DNA of 7,952 nucleotides from a virus (Monodnaviria; Loebvirae; Hofneiviricota; Faserviricetes; Tubulavirales; Inoviridae): IMG/VR virus record IMGVR_UViG_2609459852_000002; one strand, 5' to 3'. Shown piece by piece: positions 1 to 7,952 of this stretch (position 1 is its first letter; each line of letters starts with the position of its first letter). The notes under the pieces were generated by a model. It saw only the letters and a program-made list of their open reading frames with translations, ran no database searches and was not told where the DNA came from. The position numbers and the translations under genes were made by a program.

Positions 1-14
1 ACATTATGCGCACT
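1..14 (-). other. dif-like half site (XerC-binding arm plus 3 nt of central region), cut by the window edge
   Basis: Reverse complement of 1-14 is AGTGCGCATAATGT; bases 1-13 match positions 2-14 of E. coli dif (GGTGCGCATAATGTATATTATGTTAAAT, recalled from memory) exactly. The read is confirmed by ORF 6..236 starting ATG CGC ACT. Confidence 0.55.
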
Positions 15-158
15 GTTATCAGGACTGATGAAAACCGAAGACCAGTCATCACCAGAATTGCTGTAACCCATCAATTTCATCAACTGGCCACATCAATGCA
101 TGGACGACTCACGCCTTGCGTCGTTCGTCTCGATAGCTGCCCTTTAAAAGCGGCCTGG

Positions 159-184
159 CAGGAAGCGCGTTGCGCTGTCTCCTG
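159..184. other. Stem-loop with GTT loop (approx. AGCGC-GTT-GCGCT inside a longer imperfect stem CAGGA...TCCTG); candidate packaging or origin hairpin
   Basis: Inverted repeat read directly from the sequence. It lies in the non-coding stretch downstream of the secretin gene, where Ff phages carry the packaging signal. Confidence 0.3.
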
Positions 185-256
185 CTGCTCTGTAATTTCT
201 CCCTGGCTTCGGCGGTCAGGCAGCTGCATCACATGAAACATCATCATGCCGCCTTA

Positions 257-273
257 CATGCCGCGTTGCGGCA
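257..273. other. Stem-loop ATGCCGC-GTT-GCGGCAT immediately 3' of the secretin stop, sharing the core CGCGTTGCG with the hairpin at ~159-184
   Basis: 7-bp inverted repeat with a 3-nt loop; the same 9-mer core recurs about 95 bp away. No T-run follows on the minus strand, so it is not a classic intrinsic terminator. Confidence 0.3.
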
Positions 274-2588
<2,315 letters not shown>

Positions 2589-2599
2589 AAATCACCCTC

Positions 2600-2890
<291 letters not shown>

Positions 2891-2904
2891 TCACCACCTG
2901 ATTA

Positions 2905-4554
<1,650 letters not shown>

Positions 4555-4558
4555 TTCA

Positions 4559-4729
4559 TCACCAGTAAAAACTAAATGGTTTTACAATTCGACGGAAATC
4601 CTGATCGGCTTTTTCAAGAATAACTGAAACAACATATTCTTCAATGGTTGTATTTTTATTGTAAATAATTCTTTCTATCTGCTCGATAGTGTATTCCGGC
4701 AATTTAACTTTAAATTCTTGAGTAGACAT
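4559..4729 (-). CDS. Hypothetical 56-aa protein, possible ribbon-helix-helix fold, translationally coupled to the pIII-like gene
   Basis: Hand-translated ORF below the track threshold: [63 protein letters not shown] 4 nt upstream of the ATG; its TGA stop lies 4 nt upstream of the pIII ATG (TGG TGA TGA A ATG). Strand-helix-helix pattern inferred only from residue pattern. Confidence 0.4.
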   Translation of the reverse strand: MSTQEFKVKLPEYTIEQIERIIYNKNTTIEEYVVSVILEKADQDFRRIVKPFSFYW

Positions 4730-4816
4730 AAAACCTCACAAATTAGATTTAAACCCAATGACGCAACATAACCCACAAAGGGAACCAAACATCATAAAAA
4801 TAAAATCAAACATAAA

Positions 4817-4847
4817 TATCCAAAAAAAGGGCGGAATATCCGCCCTT
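4817..4847 (-). terminator. Rho-independent terminator downstream of the major coat gene
   Basis: On the minus strand: AAGGGCGGA-TAT-TCCGCCCTT (9-bp GC-rich stem) followed by a run of 7 T, beginning ~20 nt after the coat stop. Ff phages have a strong terminator at the same place. Confidence 0.75.
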
Positions 4848-4863
4848 CCTCATAAAAAACAAC

Positions 4864-5112
4864 TCAGATACTTCTGATGGCTCCCCATACTTTACGAACG
4901 CCAGCAAAAGTCAGATAAACTGTAACTCCTGCAACACCGATAGAAAGAATAACAGCAGAAACAGAAGACATATCAATGCTGTTAGTCAATGATGAAAAAT
5001 CGACTGTACCAGCAAAAGACGGAGATACAGCAAGAGCAGAAGCAGCGGAAAAAGATAAAGCTGCAACTTTCTTATCAACACCCTTAAAAAAATTGGTCAT
5101 TTTTGCAAACAT
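4864..5112 (-). CDS. Major coat protein (pVIII-like) precursor, 82 aa
   Basis: Start placed at the ATG (MFAKMTNFF…) preceded by AGGAG with a 7-8 nt spacer, not the upstream TTG of the track ORF. Predicted signal peptide ending …SPSFA; mature ~48 aa with an acidic N-terminus, hydrophobic core and basic C-terminus (…GVRKVWGAIRSI). Confidence 0.8.
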   Translation of the reverse strand: MFAKMTNFFKGVDKKVAALSFSAASALAVSPSFAGTVDFSSLTNSIDMSSVSAVILSIGVAGVTVYLTFAGVRKVWGAIRSI

Positions 5113-5114
5113 AA

Positions 5115-5288
5115 TTAAAGTCTCCTTATTAAACTCCAAATTGTGGAAATAATCATGCCAAGAAAAAAACAAAATACTGGCAGTGAAAATCCCGTTAAAA
5201 ACGCCGAGGAATAAATCCCCGACACATCAGGTATCCCCACGCAAATAGCATTAATTTGCGTGGAAACTGAATCCGAATTAACAGACAT
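5115..5288 (-). CDS. Hypothetical 57-aa hydrophobic protein (candidate minor coat protein, gene VII/IX position)
   Basis: Hand-translated ORF below the track threshold: MSVNSDSVSTQINAICVGIPDVSGIYSSAFLTGFSLPVFCFFLGMIISTIWSLIRRL. ATG lies 4 nt after the stop of the upstream gene; its TAA lies 2 nt before the coat ATG and it contains the coat RBS. Hydrophobic C-terminal half with a basic tail. Confidence 0.45.
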   Translation of the reverse strand: MSVNSDSVSTQINAICVGIPDVSGIYSSAFLTGFSLPVFCFFLGMIISTIWSLIRRL

Positions 5289-5292
5289 AAAA

Positions 5293-7165
<1,873 letters not shown>

Positions 7166-7168
7166 TTG

Positions 7169-7381
7169 ATGAAAAAAGAAACAAAGCGCGGAGACACAAC
7201 CGTAAGGATTAACGAAAACAGAAAACTGGAGCTAAAACGAAGAGTGCTGGAAATCGGTAATAAAACAGGTGAGCTACTAAAACCATCAGAGATAGTAAAC
7301 CACTTAATAGACAACTACTTAGATGATGCGGTGAAAGATCTAATAAGCAAAGAAGAACTTAAGAAAAAAAAGGCAATGTGA
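7169..7381 (+). CDS. Small transcriptional regulator, ribbon-helix-helix-like (candidate phage repressor), ~70 aa
   Basis: Divergent from Rep, as rstR is in CTXphi. SD GAGGT 8 nt upstream of ATG 7169 (track ORF starts at TTG 7166). Residue pattern TTVRINENRKLELKRRVLEIGNKTGELLKPSEIVNHLIDNYL resembles Arc/CopG-type strand-helix-helix; Lys-rich tail. Confidence 0.65.
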   Translation: MKKETKRGDTTVRINENRKLELKRRVLEIGNKTGELLKPSEIVNHLIDNYLDDAVKDLISKEELKKKKAM

Positions 7382-7437
7382 TCCCTTTTCCTGCATTCAG
7401 CAGACTACCCGCGAAGGATCGAAAGGATACGGTTTAA

Positions 7438-7671
<234 letters not shown>

Positions 7672-7722
7672 TAAAGGAATGTAGAGTCCCGACAGGATTA
7701 ACAACATCAGCTCAGAAAAACC

Positions 7723-7863
7723 ATGCACGACATGATTCTGGATTTACTAATGAAATACCTGATTGCCGGTAGTCTGTTCGGCATGTTTTTGTTCAGCGTC
7801 ATAACAATAGTGTTGCCAATCGTCCTGAGGGCACACAATAAAATCAACAGAAGCAACGACTGA
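7723..7863 (+). CDS. Hypothetical 46-aa hydrophobic peptide
   Basis: Hand-translated: MHDMILDLLMKYLIAGSLFGMFLFSVITIVLPIVLRAHNKINRSND. One predicted transmembrane helix; followed by a strong terminator. No recognisable SD. Confidence 0.25.
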   Translation: MHDMILDLLMKYLIAGSLFGMFLFSVITIVLPIVLRAHNKINRSND

Positions 7864-7872
7864 ATACACAAC

Positions 7873-7899
7873 AGTGCGCACAATGGCGTTATGTATAAA
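7873..7899 (+). other. dif-like site (XerC-like arm AGTGCGCACAA, short central region, XerD-like arm TTATGTATAAA), inverted relative to the site at 1-14
   Basis: 9/11 and 8/11 matches to the E. coli dif arms. The XerC-like arm is complementary to window bases 4-14 with one mismatch. Confidence 0.45.
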
Positions 7900-7937
7900 A
7901 AGGCCGCTGCGGTGGAAAGTATCGCAGCGGCCTTTTC
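7897..7937. terminator. Bidirectional rho-independent terminator forming the core of a longer palindrome (~7887-7947)
   Basis: AAAAAGGCCGCTGCG - 11-nt loop - CGCAGCGGCCTTTT, a 10-bp GC-rich stem with an A-run upstream and T-run downstream. The inverted repeat extends outwards into CGTTATGT(A/T)…AAAA on both sides. Confidence 0.65.
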
Positions 7938-7952
7938 AACATAACGCGTGTC

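Noticed and set aside
6-236. Plus-strand 76-aa ORF at the left edge
   Set aside because: Starts 5 nt from the window edge inside the dif-like site, has no RBS and is Cys/Arg-rich. It covers non-coding DNA containing the first hairpin.
4864-5172. Major coat protein starting at the TTG at 5172 (102 aa)
   Set aside because: The ATG at 5112 has a good AGGAG and gives a typical signal peptide; the TTG extension overlaps the 57-aa ORF.

Overview
The whole window reads as one filamentous (Inovirus-like) phage or prophage genome unit, with no obvious host genes. All phage genes but the regulator lie on the minus strand in the canonical Ff/CTXphi order: rolling-circle Rep, a putative ssDNA-binding protein, a small hydrophobic protein, the major coat protein followed by a strong terminator, a pIII-like adsorption protein, pVI-like protein, pI/Zot-like assembly ATPase and pIV secretin. 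A small RHH-like regulator is transcribed divergently from Rep across a region of repeated CGCATGCGC motifs. The most interesting signal is at the window edges: bases 1-14 match the XerC arm of E. coli dif exactly over 13 nt, and 7873-7952 carries an inverted dif-like site within a long palindrome, together resembling the attP hairpin of dif-integrating phages. Other points of interest are a perfect 18-bp tandem array in pIII, an extra 56-aa ORF translationally coupled to pIII, and a GC-rich island. Everything rests on reading the sequence and ORF track by eye; no database search was possible, and hand-derived coordinates may be off by 1-2 nt.
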